The translations under genes and the position numbers were made by a program. 64,000 nt of DNA from Octopus sinensis (Eukaryota), in contig NC_042999.1 in NCBI RefSeq assembly GCF_006345805.1, positions 7,502,001 through 7,566,000 on the forward strand. The letters run 5' to 3'. How positions within the stretch are numbered: the stretch's first letter is position 1; every line of letters starts with the position of its first letter. Positions 62,944 to 64,000 of this stretch are shown here, piece after piece. A model generated the notes under the pieces. It had not been told where the DNA came from, searched no databases, and saw nothing but the letters and a program-made list of their open reading frames with translations.

Positions 62944-64000
62944 ACATATATGCATGTGTGTCAAGGAAGAGAAAATAATGTTCAAATAAAAACGAAGTTA
63001 TTCATAAAAACAGAGAATGGTACTTCATCATGTGTGTAATATACGCACACACACACACACACACACACACACGCATGTACGCATTTGTACATATGCTTAA
63101 ATATGTTTTTACGGAGTGTGTCTGTGTGCATGAGGTGTAAATATAAATGAACTGGAGTGAAAGAGAATCTAGGGAGATAGAAAAAAAGAAGGAAAGAGTA
63201 TAGATAAAAAGGAAGCCATTATTCGATGTAAGCAGTCAGTAATAGAGTTACATGGAAGATAAACCAGTGCAAAGAATTGTGTTTGGACGTGTAGAAATTG
63301 ATTTGCGCAAAAATTAACCATTTTCGAAATATTTTCGGGCGACTATCACTACACAACGCTGTTTTTGGTTGATGATATAAAATATGAGTACCATAAATAC
63401 ATTTTGGCGGAAATAACTGAGATACGATATGCAAATAGGTAGACGAGTCCTTCACGGATATTTATGGATAAATACATACGTATATACATGTGTGTGTTGT
63501 GTATGGATATAACATACATATATATGCACATGCATATATACATATGTACACATACACTTGCACTTTCACAGGCAAGAGTACATTTCTAAGAATTCCATAC
63601 ATACATACATACATACATTATTATGGCTGCCTCCTCGTTATCGAGTATGGCCATTGCACGAAGCTTAACTGTTACTGGTGCTGTGATCGACTGCGACCCT
63701 CCAGCCCAACCAAAGATCCATACATACATACATACATACATACATACAAACATACATACATACAAACATACATACATATATACATACATACAATCAAAGA
63801 AAAACACCCTGTTGTTGATATTGGAATTCCAATGAAGGAGCCTTGGATCTAGGTTAGAAACCGGCACTTTCTTTATTGGCAAGAAGTCTTGAAATAAAAC
63901 TGAACAATGCCATACATACACACACACACATACACGCACGCGCCCATCCACCCATATGCGTGTATAGAATTATATCGTACGATTCGTGATTTGAATGGCT

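Noticed and set aside
63812-63860. ccaatgaaggagcc...GAAACCGGC hammerhead-like string (similar weak cases near 24173 and 43185)
   Set aside because: Two or more core positions and the cleavage triplet deviate; not supportable without a family alignment.

Overview
This is eukaryotic, AT-rich, repeat-saturated DNA with dense (TA)n, (TATG)n, (TCTA)n, (AAT)n and (GT)n tracts. The SINE, LINE and microsatellite mix looks like an octopus or other coleoid cephalopod; that is inference from pattern recognition, not a database result. No intact host gene is evident, and most ORFs in the supplied track are translated microsatellites. Real coding remnants are all from transposable elements: (1) a 2.6 kb CR1-like LINE (15257-17868) whose open ORF1 carries a Myb/SANT-like domain, polyQ and two CCCH fingers, joined directly to the last third of the RT; (2) a decayed mariner with perfect 37-bp TIRs (27177-28466); (3) a second, decayed and internally deleted CR1-like LINE (about 32165-33690, minus strand); (4) a 5'-truncated Dong/R4-type LINE inside (AAT)n (51809-54683). 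There are dozens of tRNA-derived SINEs from several families and three Helentron/DINE-like elements. The main unannotated signal is about a dozen type I hammerhead-ribozyme motifs from many unrelated sequence families. Most have the palindromic stem III typical of Penelope-like elements, and several lie in tandem or inverted non-coding repeats next to (TA)n. No intact Penelope ORF is present, which points to a diverse population of non-autonomous ribozyme-bearing (retrozyme-like) elements. Weaker candidates for host function are a C2H2-like coding island (4660-4945, minus) and a perfect RFX X-box (60863-60876). All structures were read by eye; none was computed.
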